Shown here: positions 27,271 through 43,300 of the stretch, piece after piece
Layout of the letters: every line of letters begins with the position of its first letter
How positions within the stretch are numbered: the first letter of the stretch is position 1
Source of the DNA: Octopus vulgaris
Taxonomy: Eukaryota
Direction: 5' to 3'
DNA: 64,000 nucleotides
NCBI GenBank assembly: GCA_951406725.2
Contig: OX597839.1
Location: 40,052,001-40,116,000 of the forward strand
The notes under the pieces: generated by a model
What the model saw: the letters and a program-made list of their open reading frames with translations, nothing else
The model's database searches: none
What the model was told of the DNA's origin: nothing
Made by a program: the position numbers and the translations under genes

Positions 27271-27970
27271 TATGAGTGTGAGCATTCAGATGCGTACACG
27301 TACGTATGTGTACGCGTGTATATATGCTCGTGTATGTGAAGTGTGTGCATTATTGTTCCATATATTTTGAAATTCCATATTCAATATGAAGAACATAACA
27401 AATAAGCAGAAGAATGATAATTTTCTGCTCGATTCTTCTTACTTCATTTTGAAATGTCGTCTCAGAGTCTACAAAGCTGGGTTAATTCTTATTCCTTTCA
27501 TCTCTCTTCCTGCCATTGTCTTCGTATCATTACAATGAGCTCTCTCCTCTGTCAGATTCTCTCCCTCTCTCCTCTCTCAAAATGTCTGTGTCTCTATTTC
27601 TGTTTCCGTCTCTATGTTTCTTGCCCTCATCATCTCTCTATCAGAACATCTCTCTCTCTCTCTCTCTATCTGTGTCACTATCACACTGTCTCTCCCACTG
27701 CCTCACTCTCTAGGTGTATCTTTACCACTCTTTCTCAAATTTATCTCCATCTCTCTGTTTGACTCTCTCTCTCTCTCTCGATGTGTCTCTCCATCTTGCA
27801 ATTGTTATTGTGGATCACCTCTTCCCATCCACTTCCCATCCACTCACAATGCTTTTCTTACAGAAGGGCCAAAAAGAAATATGGATATATAATGTTGTAG
27901 ACGCAAACACGCACATAACCTGTGCAACTGTGTATATATCATATATATGCATGTACATATATATACATGC

Positions 27971-28003
<33 letters not shown>

Positions 28004-28097
28004 ATACATATGTACTTAATTTTTTTAAACCTACATATATATTTAATGCAAGTATAAATGAGCATATATATATGCCCACATATGTATATGTGTAATA

Positions 28098-28165
<68 letters not shown>

Positions 28166-28240
28166 TTATATATATATATACATATATATATGTGTATATA
28201 TATATATATATGCCCACATATATATATGTATATATATATA

Positions 28241-28271
<31 letters not shown>

Positions 28272-28292
28272 GTATTTATATATATGTATGTA

Positions 28293-28342
<50 letters not shown>

Positions 28343-28756
28343 CATGTATAATTACATATATAAACATACATATAGTATATAAGTATATATATATATATAT
28401 ATGTATATACGCAGCGATAGATTGAGAGAGAGAAATTTCCACATATATATATATTTACACACACATACACACCCATGTGCTCTCTTGCACACACGCACAC
28501 ACACACACATCTACACACAGTCATGTCTTATGCTCAACGTACAGCTGTGGTAATGGCGCTAAGCTTTAGCGCCGACCAGGCATTTATTCCATTGAATATC
28601 AATGAACCAATGGCTGGAAGACAATGTCAAGTTTTAAGAATAATAAAAAAAAAAAAAGATATGTCAGTTCTTCTATAAGTATTCGGTAGCTTTCGTTTGA
28701 GAAAGAATAACACTAACACACACACATATGCCATTTAGGAGCGCACTCACCTCGCC

Positions 28757-28795
<39 letters not shown>

Positions 28796-28965
28796 GCTCC
28801 AAATATATGTATTCGCAGCAAATTTCCAGGGGAGCTATGCAAGAAGCAACATGTGTGATAGGTATTTCGACTTATGTATGAATAAAGAAATCCATCTTAT
28901 GCAATATGTTAACGAGAGCTCACAGTTTAATGCAGTACAATATTGGAGAAAAATATTATACATAA

Positions 28966-29001
<36 letters not shown>

Positions 29002-30048
29002 TTGTGTGTGTATTTATGCGAGTGTGTGTATTAAAGGTAAATATTTAGGTTGAAGAATTGTGTGATATCATATAGGATAAACTTGTAAGATAACAAGAAA
29101 ACAATGGGAGATGACATACAAAATAAAATACACAAAAAAAACGAACAGCATTTGGTGTTTTATGCAATTGTTCGATATTTCGCCATTATGAGCCCCTCTC
29201 AGTGCTTGTGCTGAAGAAGAGGTTATAACCCCGAATTATGAAGATATAAGATAAAACTTTTAACGTCATTGTCTTCTTCTGATTTGTATTTACTTTGTGT
29301 TTCATTTCGAATTGGTATTGCCTCCGCCGTATATTTACTGAGAGGCATATTAAGACCAGGTTGTAAGAAATACAGGGAATTCAAATATTTTTGAGAGATA
29401 TATTTTGCAGCTTTATGTGAGAATAAACTCTAGGCTAAACGGAAAAAAACAAGAAAGGGTTAACAGAGCATCGACAGCCCAAGGTGTCATCTATTGGACT
29501 GAGTGATACATTTTGATTCTACTAAGGTCATGGTTGTTTACACAGTTACTACCATTGCTTAGTTTATGGAGGAGGTCCAGTTCCTTTGCCTTGACTTCAC
29601 GGAACTCTATTTCAATATCACAGATAATCTCTATGCATTTCTCCACAGCGAAATCTATGTCTGTAGATGAGTAGAGTCAACTTACATCCATACTACCTAC
29701 TACACAACTTGTAAGGTCGTTGGAGGTCATTATATATATATATATATATATATATATAGGCAATGAAAAATTACTTTTTCCATAGGCTGAAACAGCTGTA
29801 AGAAGAATTTCATTGATTTCAATAATTAATATTAAGATTTTTATAATTGTATTCTTATCTTATATGTATTGAATTATAATGTATATATATATGTTATTAA
29901 GAATTTCGTTTTTGTTAAATAAATAAATAAATAAGTCAACATTCTAATATCCGAAAGCTGATGAACCAAATAAATTGTTTCTCCATTTTTTTACTTGTAT
30001 TGTATATATATATATATTTCCAAAATTATGGAATGGAGTAGATAAAAC

Positions 30049-30138
30049 CCACGCTACACGTATTTCATAGCTAGCAGAACCCCGGAAATAATAATCACCC
30101 AAAGGATGGAGAAACCACTCGCTACTCTTCAGGCAAAA
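30049..30138 (-). ncRNA. Minimal type I hammerhead ribozyme motif (Penelope type), slightly decayed
   Basis: Minus strand reads TTTGC-CTGAAGA-GTAGC...GCTAT-GAAA-TACGTG-TA-GCG: core, stem II, near-palindromic stem III, GUA site and short stem I. Confidence 0.6.
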
Positions 30139-30732
30139 GATACCTTAAATGCATGAAGTTTCCTTTCCCTTAATAAATTTAGACATTTATCCACTCTTAT
30201 ATAATAGTTCTTCACAAATATGGTTCGCCTTTTCTTCTCTGATTCTGTGCTTTCCACACATTTTCGATCGAATCTCCTGCGAGTTAACATGGGCCCCTTG
30301 ACGACAATGTAGACTTCATTTTCGCGAGATATCGTTGGCCAAACGGGAAGCTAGCGGATTAACATTTATATTGGTAATTACTACATCCGAGTTTCTGCTT
30401 GCTAGGAAACATATGTAGCCTGCATTTTATCTACTTCATTTCCTAATTTAGAAATTTATTCGTGTACACAGCAACCCCTGCTACTCACCGTGAACTATAT
30501 AATAACTTCCTTCAGCTTATCAAACTCCTACGCGAATAAACCACCATTGTTTCTGAAAGTTGTCTTTTTATACCTGCTAAGGACTGCTCGAAGCTTACTA
30601 ACTCCTTACACAATGATCCTTGGATCTTACCTTACACACACACACACACATACATATATATATATATGTATGTATATATTTACACATGTATGTATTTATG
30701 TATGTATGTATCTATCTCTCTCTCTCTCTTTA

Positions 30733-30799
<67 letters not shown>

Positions 30800-30853
30800 A
30801 TATTTATACATGTATGTATTTATGTATGTATGTATCTATCTCTCTCTCTCTCT

Positions 30854-30953
<100 letters not shown>

Positions 30954-31452
30954 GTATATGTATATATATATATATGTATTGAAAACCCAAGCACATATTT
31001 CGGTTTAAAATGATAGAAAAAATAATTCCAGTTAAACTCTAAAATAAAAAAACAAAACCAAACAAAAAAATCCACCCATTTCGAACGGAAATATCTTTCG
31101 TTGGGGAAAAAATTATCTCTGTGTATATTATTTATTTTATTTAGATAAGCGAAACCTAACATCACATATCAAATTACGACGGTTATGCAACAAACTGTGG
31201 TTTCCTTGCAAAAATAGATGATGCTTGGTTTGGAAAGGAAAGGAGAAAAAAAAAAGTGGAAGAAAAAAGAATAAGGATAAAGAAGAAGGGGAAGAAGGAG
31301 GGAATGGGAAAAAAGAGAGTTGAGAGAGAAGAAGTTTTCCTTTTTGAAATTGTTAGTTTATGGCGGTTTTTCTGAAATTTTATCGAATAATATATTGAAG
31401 TAGAATGTTGGTTTGAACGGTGAATCTGTTTTTTATCAACACGGTTCATAAA

Positions 31453-31490
<38 letters not shown>

Positions 31491-31778
31491 AGATTACGGA
31501 TATAAATATATATATATATATATATCCCTGTATACCCATATATATAAAGGCATATATATGTACACACATTTATGTTATATGTGTAACTACATACCTCTAT
31601 ACACATCATATGCAAATATATATATGTGTGTGTGTGTATGTATATATTCACATGCATTTTAACACGCACAGAGGCATTCAAGTAAAAGCATACACACATA
31701 TATATATATATACATATATATATAGTTATACATATATATTATTTATACATACATATATATATGTTATACATGCATATA

Positions 31779-31825
<47 letters not shown>

Positions 31826-32510
31826 AGTGGATACGTATACAACACTCACACACACATGTATATATGTATATATATGTACACATACATAATGTATATATAT
31901 ATACATATATATATATGTATGTATGTATGCCGCATTATCTTCGCCTATACACATACATACAGAATGGCACGGAATACTCGCAACGGTTGATGCAAAATTG
32001 ACAGCTTCCCTTATTTGAAAAAAAATTTTTTAATTCTAAAACCTTGTATCAGGTGTTATCAAATGTGAGAGATATATATTTTTCTCTTAAATAACGCCAT
32101 CCCTACTCCATCCCTACTCCATCCTTCACTCCAACCACACATCGCACTCGTAGGGCGCCATATTTTCCTTACCCGTTCACAGAGCCCGTCATATTCTCTT
32201 CTATCACTTCAAGACTCCATATTATTGCAAAAATTCTTTATAAATAGGATCGAAACCAACGTTTTTGCCATCACCTGTATCTCAATATAGAATAATTTGA
32301 ATAAACCCATGCGCATAATATATTAACATACGCGCTCACATATATATACACCCGCTCTATTACAAAAATGCACCCACATACCAGAAAGTATGCACTTAAA
32401 ACATCCTACGACTTGTAGTGTGAACAAACAATCACTAAGGTTGTGCACTCATGTACCGTATATATATATATACATAAATTTGTATACATATATATATGTA
32501 TACGTATATA

Positions 32511-32541
<31 letters not shown>

Positions 32542-32946
32542 GTATATATATACATATATATATATATATGTATATATATATGTATATATATACTTATACA
32601 TATATGCGTGTATATGTATATATATACATATATATATATGTATATATATACATATATATATATATATGTATATATATATGTATATATATATACTTATACA
32701 TATATGCGTGTATATGTATATATATACATATATATATATAATATATACATATATATATGATATATATATTTATACATATATATACGGATATATGTATACA
32801 TATATATATACACACACATATATATATATGCATGTATAAATAAATACGTATGTATGTATGTATGTGTATGTATATACACACATATATGTATTTATATATA
32901 TTTATATGTATATTAAAACAAATATAACTAGTCATGTATGCATATA

Positions 32947-33066
<120 letters not shown>

Positions 33067-33423
33067 TGCGTGTATAAATATGTATGTATGTGCATCTGTG
33101 TGCGTGTGAGTGTGCGAGCACACAACTGTATTTTTCTATATTTACCTTTCTGCAGGATGCAGTTAAAGATATCTAGAAATGGAAAAACTTGAGAATTGTG
33201 TGAACGTAAACGAAATGTAATAAATACAGATAAATAAATATAAAAATATCTATCAGCAAAAATTACATAAAAAAATATCTCTAAACGATTAAATGTTGAA
33301 ATTCAAAGTATCTTAGCAATAAAACAACATTAAACAATAAAATAAGGAAATAATTAAACGAACACGAATCGCACCAAGTAATGAAATGATAAATAACCGG
33401 AAAAGAAATGTCATTATGGAAAT

Positions 33424-33930
<507 letters not shown>

Positions 33931-34060
33931 GCCTCGCTGCCATCACTGTTAAAAAAAAACACCACCAGCATCACCAACACTTCCGCCGCCACCATCACTA
34001 CACCCGCCAAGTCCTCCCTTATTGCCACCACTATTCCTATCGCCGCCGTCATGGAGGGGT

Positions 34061-34330
34061 ATGTTGTTGTTTGTTCCTTTTCGAACCATAAAGGCCGGTT
34101 TCCCGGTTTCATTGGCGTATAGGTTCCCCACCTGGATAGTACGCCGGTCCGTCGGAGGTGAGCTGCAAGATGCAGGAGGAAAAACTGAGAGAGAGTTGTG
34201 CTGAAAGAGTCAGCAGAAGTTTGCCATTACCTTCTGCCGAGGGCGCATGGAGCTTAGGTGTTTCCCTCATAAACACAGACATCACCCGGTCTGAGATTCG
34301 AACCCGCTGCTCTAACCAGTATGCCATGTG
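34061..34330 (-). mobile_element. SINE family C short variant
   Basis: Reverse complement of 12901-13152. Confidence 0.75.
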
Positions 34331-34734
34331 CCTATTTCTAAATCTGTTGCACTGACGATGACGAGGTCTTAGTTTATGTTCCTGGGCCGCGTTGTGTGGT
34401 GTGTCCTTGAGCGTAAAACTACAACACCTGACGAGTGGTACACCAAAAATCTGTTCAAGCAGTGTCGATTCGATGGAGAAAGTGAGTTGATACACGCCAC
34501 ACACATTTGATCACTATAAACAAACTATTTGTGTAGGTGTTCAGCAATAAATTACAGAACTAACGACAGCTATAAAAATATGAATTTTCATCCTACAGAT
34601 ATGAGATTCATATTAGTAATGATCATATTCTTAGTTACTGTAGTGATAATAAGAATAATACATAATTTTAATTACACAATTGATGATAAGAATTATATTA
34701 TTAATAATAGTGATAAGTGATAATAATAATAATG

Positions 34735-34784
<50 letters not shown>

Positions 34785-34785
<1 letters not shown>

Positions 34786-35125
34786 TATAAATACCGGCAG
34801 ATGACAACGTGTCTCTAAAAGAAATGGAGAAACTTTCAAAATACAAAGACCTGGAAATAGAGGTAACCAGAATGTGGAATCTAAAAACAGAAACAATTCC
34901 TATCATAATAGGTGCATTAGGCATGATAAAAAATATTCAGACAAATACATAACAAAAACACCAGGACTTACAAACACATATAACATACAGAAAATTGCAC
35001 ACACCTACGCAGAACACTTTCCATACAATAACCATCAGAGCATCACAACAAATCACAGTACATACCCAAGGCACACAGAGCTGCGCTCGGTAGTGAAGTG
35101 AAAGCACGTTGTAAAAATAAAACTA

Positions 35126-35130
<5 letters not shown>
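34785..35130 (+). mobile_element. 3' fragment of the same R4/Dong-like LINE as 6766-7700, inside (TAA)n
   Basis: IPADDNVSLKEMEKLSKYKDLEIEVTRMWNLKTETIPIIIGALG; near-identical 3' UTR; long (TAA)n on both sides. Confidence 0.92.
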
Positions 35131-35217
<87 letters not shown>

Positions 35218-35288
35218 TAATAATAATAATAATAACAACATCGACAAATACCTTAGGAATGAGAACCCCCGGTTCGAAATTTCCCCAA

Positions 35289-35333
35289 GACACCTGAAGA
35301 AGGCTGGAGGGTATATCAGCCGAAACGTTTGTT
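35289..35333 (+). ncRNA. Minimal type I hammerhead ribozyme motif (Penelope type)
   Basis: GACAC-CTGAAGA-A-GGCTG-loop-CAGCC-GAAACGTT-TGTT; stem I lacks one base. Confidence 0.6.
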
Positions 35334-36222
35334 GACAACAAAGAAGAAGGGGACAAATATCCGTCGAATGTAAATAATGTAAATAATGCATGATTTAATA
35401 GTTCTTTCTAACTTTAGCACGGTGGGGAGGGGGGTAGCCAATTGCATCGAACCCAATGTTTAACTGGTTCTTATTTTATCAACCCCGAGAAGATGAGAGG
35501 CAAAATCAATGTCCGTCGAATTTGATGAACTCAGAACGTAAAGCTTCCGAAGAAATAGCTCTAAGCATTTTACCCGGCACATTAATATATCTTCCACTAA
35601 ACCGCTATAATTCAAATAAAATAACTGAAAGAATTAGGACAGCCTGACTGTAAGGAAATTATGCTTGAAATGCATTAAGAGCTAATAAAAGGGAATTGTG
35701 ATGTGATATACATATGTTTAAACGACTAGGAGATACTACTACCTCAGTTTATTTTGGGTATCGTAAAAACTATGTTACATGTTATAATGAAGATTCCTAT
35801 GCTCGAATGTATAGAAGTTCAGATAACTTTAAAACACTGAAGAGTATGAAATAAGATTAAAACATAAAGCTTCTTTAAAGATCATTTATATCTAAAGAAC
35901 GAACTAATTAGCGCTTAATTCACTGAGTGAAAGGCTATAGAATATGTATTGCTGAATAGGAAATTATCAAAGAAAATATATTACAATGGCACCCGCAAAC
36001 CTGTGCGGTGAAGGAACTTGCTTTGCAAAATCGCGATTTCAGGTTCAGTCTCACGGCGTGAAACCTTGAGTATTATACTGTAGCCACGGATCGACCAAAA
36101 CATTGTAAATGAAATTATGAAATTGACAAGGAGAAACTGCGTGTAAGCCCGTCGATATATGTATATATGTATATATATAAATACATACACACACACTAAT
36201 AATAATAATAATAATAATAATG

Positions 36223-36304
<82 letters not shown>

Positions 36305-36531
36305 GACTTTCTTCATGAGACTAGTCGATTATGCTGACGCCAGGGTTTCAGCGGCAGTTAATTTATCGACTCCATATATATATATATATATATTGAAAAA
36401 AATAGGATAGAATCTTTATAAGAATTTATCAAGTAGTTAGCGTGAAACACCTGATAAGGGGAAAAATCCATCAGTTATTTCTCTTAAATATATTTATTCA
36501 TATGAAGGGCATTATGTAATATATATACATA

Positions 36532-36562
<31 letters not shown>

Positions 36563-37030
36563 ATATTTATATATATATAAAACTATCAACATAACTATGG
36601 TCAGATGTGTGTGTGTGTTTGCATAGAAGTAATTTGCAAAAGAAAGCGGACAACTCAAATGAGATTAAAACGTAAATATTACTTTTAAAATGTTATTCTA
36701 ATGAAAAGAATTAATTAAATATATGAGGATTAACACTGCAGAATTGATAACATTGTAAGAAAATATACAGTATTATATATTACGTAGGACAAAAGTATGC
36801 TGAGATAAATGTAAATTTATAAATGTAAATGTAATTAAGAAGTTGAAAGTATAAAATACGATTAAAATTGTAGGATTCTTACAGAATAATTGTTAGCAAA
36901 TTGAATGCAGTAACCGAAGATTCATTCAGTTATTTAGACATTCTGTTACGTGTTTTGTTGAGGAGATAAAAAGTTAAGACTTCGTTCGTTATGTGTTGCG
37001 TTCTGCATAGATAAACGTTTAAGCCTGCGC

Positions 37031-37104
37031 TTTTACTCTTTTACTTGTTTCAGTCATTTGACTGCGGCCATGCTGGCTACTTACCACACAGTCACTCCTG
37101 CCCC
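37031..37104 (-). mobile_element. SINE-A mini derivative (head fused directly to tail)
   Basis: The first ~28 nt of the family A head are joined to the last ~46 nt of the tail. Confidence 0.8.
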
Positions 37105-37406
37105 TATATATATACATACATATAATACATATATATATATCTGTACATATATATATACATACAAACATATATGCATGGTGGCCCCAAAGTTGGTTTACAG
37201 TTATTCAAGTATCTCTTTTGTACTCCTATATTGACAGTTTAGATCTTAATTATAAACAGACATAAAACCATTATTCTAAAACTGAATATAGAGGACAAAG
37301 TACTCACCCATGTGACCAAACGCTGAACTTGTGAAACATACTTCCTATCCACTAAGCCAAAAATGTGTCCATAAATATGTGAGTGTGCAGCTGTATGAAT
37401 GTGTGT

Positions 37407-37834
37407 TACTCTTTACTCTTTTACTCTTTTACTTGTTTCAGTCATTTGACTGCGGCCATGCTGGAGCACCGCCTTTAGTCGAGCAAATCGACCCCGGGAC
37501 TTATTATTCTTTGTAAGCCCAGTACTTGTTCTATCGGTCTCTTTTTTGCCGAACCGCTAAGTGACGGGGACGTAAACACACCAGCATCGGTTGTCAAGCA
37601 ATGCTAGCGGGACAAACACAGACACACAAACATATACACACACACATACATATACATATATATACGTATATACGACCGGCTTCTTTCAGTTTCCGTCTAC
37701 CAAATCCACTCATAAGGCATTGGTCGGCCCGGGGCTATAGCAGAAGACACTTGCCCAAGGTGCCACGCAGTGGGACTGAACCCGGAACCATGTGGTTGGT
37801 AAGCAAGCTACTTACCACACAGCCACTCCTGTGC
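37407..37834 (-). mobile_element. SINE family A, full length
   Basis: Near-identical to 13809-14226. Confidence 0.92.
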
Positions 37835-39976
37835 TTATATAATTAACATGAAAATTTGTTGTAATAATTACGAAGGGTGGACAGAAGTTGGTTTCAGAGT
37901 TTCAGATTTTATGCATCTTGGATCCGGTAAGTGAATTACGTCGTGGGATTACTCAAGATATATTTTCCTATATATATTTATGTTAATACATAGATTCCTA
38001 TACACATACATACTTACATACATACACCTAATATAATAAATACGAAAACGAATTATATATAATGCGTTTACATGTGAACCTACATGTGTGCATACATACA
38101 TGTGTGGTTGTATATATACGCGCATTTATTTTTATTGAAACGATGTAAAAATCTTACGCGTCTCACGAAATCCTCTCGCATGAAATTTTCCTGAAGGGCG
38201 TTTCTGTCCGAAAGTTTGGATTTTCCACGCACCACAATCTGTTCACTATTCTTTATATCGATTTTACAGCAGAACATGTCTTGCCGACGCAAGAACACGT
38301 GTCTCTTTCGAGTCTATTTGATCCTACGTGCATACGCACACACATATATATATATATATATGTATATACATACATACATACATAAATACATACATGCATA
38401 CATACATACATAAATACATACATACATACATACATACATACATACATACATACATGCATGCATACATACATACATACATGCATGCATACATACATACATA
38501 CATAGATACATACATACATACATACATACATACATACATACATACATACATACATACATACATGCATATTTCCGTAAAATACAATTGTGTTTGATGTGTA
38601 AATTCCAATGAAAAAGCCTAGTTTCTAGGTTAGATACAAGCTCTTTTCTATTGGTGAGAAATTCGAAAAATAGAACATAAAGCCAGAAATGAGCGTACAT
38701 ATATATATATTGAAATCTTTGTTTCACCGAAAATCCGTGCCCAAATTCTCTGGCACAGATCCAAATGTTAAAAGATAAAATAAAATAAGATGAATGAAAT
38801 TGAGTAAAAACTACGCTGGTTTCTGTGGCATGAAAATAAGATTGGTGACAAGTCCGGCAGATCTTTGAAACAAATAATTAGCAATCATTTATAAACGTGG
38901 ATTCCAAACAGAAATTCGGGCGTATTTTTGGAAAGCAACTAAATATGATATTGGAATAAGATCAGAAAATGTCGCAGACTCGACAATCAGAGCTGCCATT
39001 AAAGTGATGGAGAGTGAAAAACAGAAGCAGTGAATATGTACATAGTAACATACATATATATATATATGTGTGTATATGAATGTATGTATATGTATATTAT
39101 GTATATACATATGTATATATATATATATGTATATATATATATAAATATATATATATGTATATATATGTGTATATATATATAACTATATATATGTATATAT
39201 ACACGCACACGAACACATATATATGTATAAATACGTATATGTATATATATACATATATGCATATGTATACGTCTGTGTAAGTGTTTATGTTTATGTATAT
39301 ACTTATGTAAGCATACATGCGCATAGTGCATATATGTATTATATTCTAAATATATATACATATATAGAATATATATATATATATATATATATATGGGTAT
39401 ATATATATATATATATATGTACATACACATATATCTATCTATGTATATATATATATATATTTATATACATACATATACGCATACATAAACACATGAAGAG
39501 AGAGTCAGTGAGTGAGAGAAAGAGGGAGAGAAAAAGAAAGGAAGAGATAGAGACAAAGAGAGAGAGAGAGTGAGAGAGCGGTGGTTTGTTATAAGGCAAA
39601 AGGCAGAATTTTACAAAGTAAAACTAACAAATGAAAAAATGCACAAATTATATAAATATATAAATATGTAAAGCAACGAAAATTGCATGGAATTACGACA
39701 ACACCGCCAGCACCACCAGCACTACCATTACCGACAGCACCAACAACAACAACAGCAACACAAACCTCAACAACCGTGACGTCGACGGCATAAACAACAA
39801 CAACAACATTAAGTAGAGCAACGATAGTAGCAAGAGAAACAATAAGCGAAATCGTTATGGCAATTTCAATACGAGAATTGGAACAACCTGTATGGGCAAA
39901 TATCAAAGTGGAAATTTTTAGTGGCTGATTCTATTATAAGAGCGAATCACTACCTGTGAATATATATATAGGTATG

Positions 39977-40100
<124 letters not shown>

Positions 40101-40101
40101 C

Positions 40102-40148
<47 letters not shown>

Positions 40149-40521
40149 TATGTATATGTATATAAATATATGTATATATACATATATATCTATATATATG
40201 TATATATATATGTATATATATATGTATATATATATATTCATACATACATATATATGTATATATATTCATACATATATATGTATATATATTCATATATATA
40301 TATACATATATATTATATATATATTATATGTACATATATATGTATATAATATGTGTATATAAATGTATATGTATGTATATACTGTACACAAACATATATA
40401 TATATATACTGCATATATATATATGTATATACGAGTATATAAATGTATATGTATATGTACATAAATATGTATAGATATCTACACATGTATACATATATAT
40501 GTATAAATATGAGAATATATT

Positions 40522-40578
<57 letters not shown>

Positions 40579-40998
40579 CACACACATATTTAATTATGGA
40601 TATACCTGCCTAAGAACCTGTCTCTATCTGTATATCTTTGTATGTGTGCCTGTGTGTGTCTGTACAACTGCTTGCAGAATAGACCAATACTTTAAAAAAT
40701 TTGAGACATGAATATATGTAGTGAAAGGCAAACTTCAAAATGTAATAGTATGAGGAAGAATTAATACATTCCCACATATATATTGCAGGTTCACATCCAC
40801 CTATAGAAAAGGAATGTATGTGATACATACATACCTACATAAATATCATAAATGCATACATATATGCGCATATGACTGATGCACTTGGATTTGTGAAAAA
40901 CCGCATGACTCACAGTAGCTGGAAAAACTGGGCTTTTGAGAAAAAGAAATCAACCAGCTAACATGCAAATTACATATGAAATATATAAGCAGAGTAGT

Positions 40999-41035
<37 letters not shown>

Positions 41036-41184
41036 CACATATGCAAGCCGTTTCTCAAGTTTAGAATATGAAATTGTTGTTACCTACATTTCAAAAACGG
41101 ACCTTTATATCTTAGAAACGAGATTCTTCTTTACAAAAAGACTCCAAACAACCGAAAATGAAACATATATATATATATGTATAT

Positions 41185-41250
<66 letters not shown>

Positions 41251-41392
41251 GTGTACATTTAAACACAAGAGAAACTACCTTTAACAAGTAATTTTACTCC
41301 CTAGAAGAAGCAGTCAAAACGACCAAAACCAGATTTAAGAGTAATTTTGAAGGGAATTAAAGATAAAAACTTTTACCTTGTTATTTTTTTAC

Positions 41393-41461
41393 AGTTGTAC
41401 CTGGATTTCGAATTTTTTCGCAAATAAAATAATTAGCTCGGCGAAATTCTCATCAGTAACC
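41393..41461 (-). ncRNA. Type I hammerhead ribozyme motif with complete core
   Basis: Minus strand reads GGTTA-CTGATGA-GAATTTCGC...GCGAAAAAATTC-GAAA-TCCAGG-TA-CAACT. Confidence 0.65.
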
Positions 41462-41630
41462 GCTCCATAACATTAACATATAATTTAGAGACAAATAATA
41501 CGTTCTCATCATTATAAGTTATAACTTTTCAAATTCACCGCGAAAGCGCAGTTTCAGTCGGAAGTAAATGAAAACTGCCGACATACATACGTATCTATCT
41601 TTTTATTTATCTACCTATCTGTCTGTCTGT

Positions 41631-41748
<118 letters not shown>

Positions 41749-42643
41749 GACTGTCTGTCTGACTGTCTGTCTGTCTGTCTGTATGTCTGTTCATCTATAT
41801 ATCTACCTACCAATCTATCTACCTACATATCCATCAATCTGTCCGTCCGTCCCTCTGTCTCTCCTCCGTCACCCGTCCCTCTGCCCATCCATCCATCTAT
41901 CCATCCATCTATCCATCCATCCATCCATCCATCCATCCATCCCATCCATCCACCCATCCATCCATCCATCCATCCATCCATCCATCCATCCATCCATTAA
42001 GTCAGTCAGTCAGTCTCACAATCGGTTTTTGTACTGCTTCACACGAAGGACTTTCCATTCCTGACAGTGATGCGAACAATATACTGCCACAGACAGTGCA
42101 TTGGAGTGGTGGAGCACTGGCAGAAACGTTAACATGATAGATAAGACACTTATCGGTATTTCGTTTGAAGTTTCCGATCTGTGTTCAAATTCCACCGAGG
42201 TCAAAATTCTCTTAGATTTTTTTTTTTCCGAGACCCATGAAATAAGTAGCAATTGAACAATAATCTCGAAAAAGTAGACTTATCCATCCCAAAACTTGGA
42301 GGCTTTGTGCTTCGAATAAAAGGGATTATGAATAGAAGATATTTAATGCAATTGTGGCAGGGAAACAGTTCTAAATGTATCGTATTAAGCTGAGTTATTT
42401 GAACTCGAGCAAGAAACAACCGGAATATATATGGTGCGAACCTGAAAAAAAAATTAGCCAATAGACTGTATTTGACTGGTGATATTTTTATTCCCCATGT
42501 GGTTCGGAATGATCTTGATGGGATTTGAACTCATAATGCAGCGTATCATAATAAATAATGCAAGGAATTTTAAACAATGCGGTAATAAATGCCGAGTCCC
42601 ATGTGATGCATAAATAAATCATCTCCTATGTATACATACATAC

Positions 42644-42700
<57 letters not shown>

Positions 42701-42727
42701 TATGTACATAGATACATTTTTATGCAC

Positions 42728-42784
<57 letters not shown>

Positions 42785-43264
42785 GTATATATATATATAC
42801 TTGTGCTTATGTAAGTATACATATATGTATATATACAGAAACACACACACACACACATATATATATATACATACATGTATATATATGCATAAATATATGT
42901 ATATATGTATATATATAAATATATATGCATATGATATAATATGCTACGCATGCGAGTATGTGAGGGTGTGTATACACATATTTATGCTTATAAGGTTGTC
43001 TTTGTATGCATACATATTTTCATGTTGTACATACATATTCAATGCAGAATCATATATTTTAAGATGTACGCGCCTTCATCCCCCTCTCACCCCCCTCTCT
43101 CTCTCTCACTCTCTCTATCGTCGAAACAATGTCTCTATCTATACTTGCATATATATATTTAAACATAAATATACACATTCGTATGTATATAAATACGTGC
43201 TTATATATGTAAATACATAACATATATACATACATAAATGCACATACATACATACATACATACA

Positions 43265-43300
<36 letters not shown>

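Noticed and set aside
33156-33205. Strong acceptor TTTCTGCAG (similar cases near 3555 and 63247)
   Set aside because: No good donor follows and, at 33156, all frames stop within 40 nt; unsupported without transcript data.
37309-37391. Minus-strand exon candidate with a GTGAGT donor and one open frame
   Set aside because: Weak acceptor abutting a SINE tail, and no recognisable peptide.
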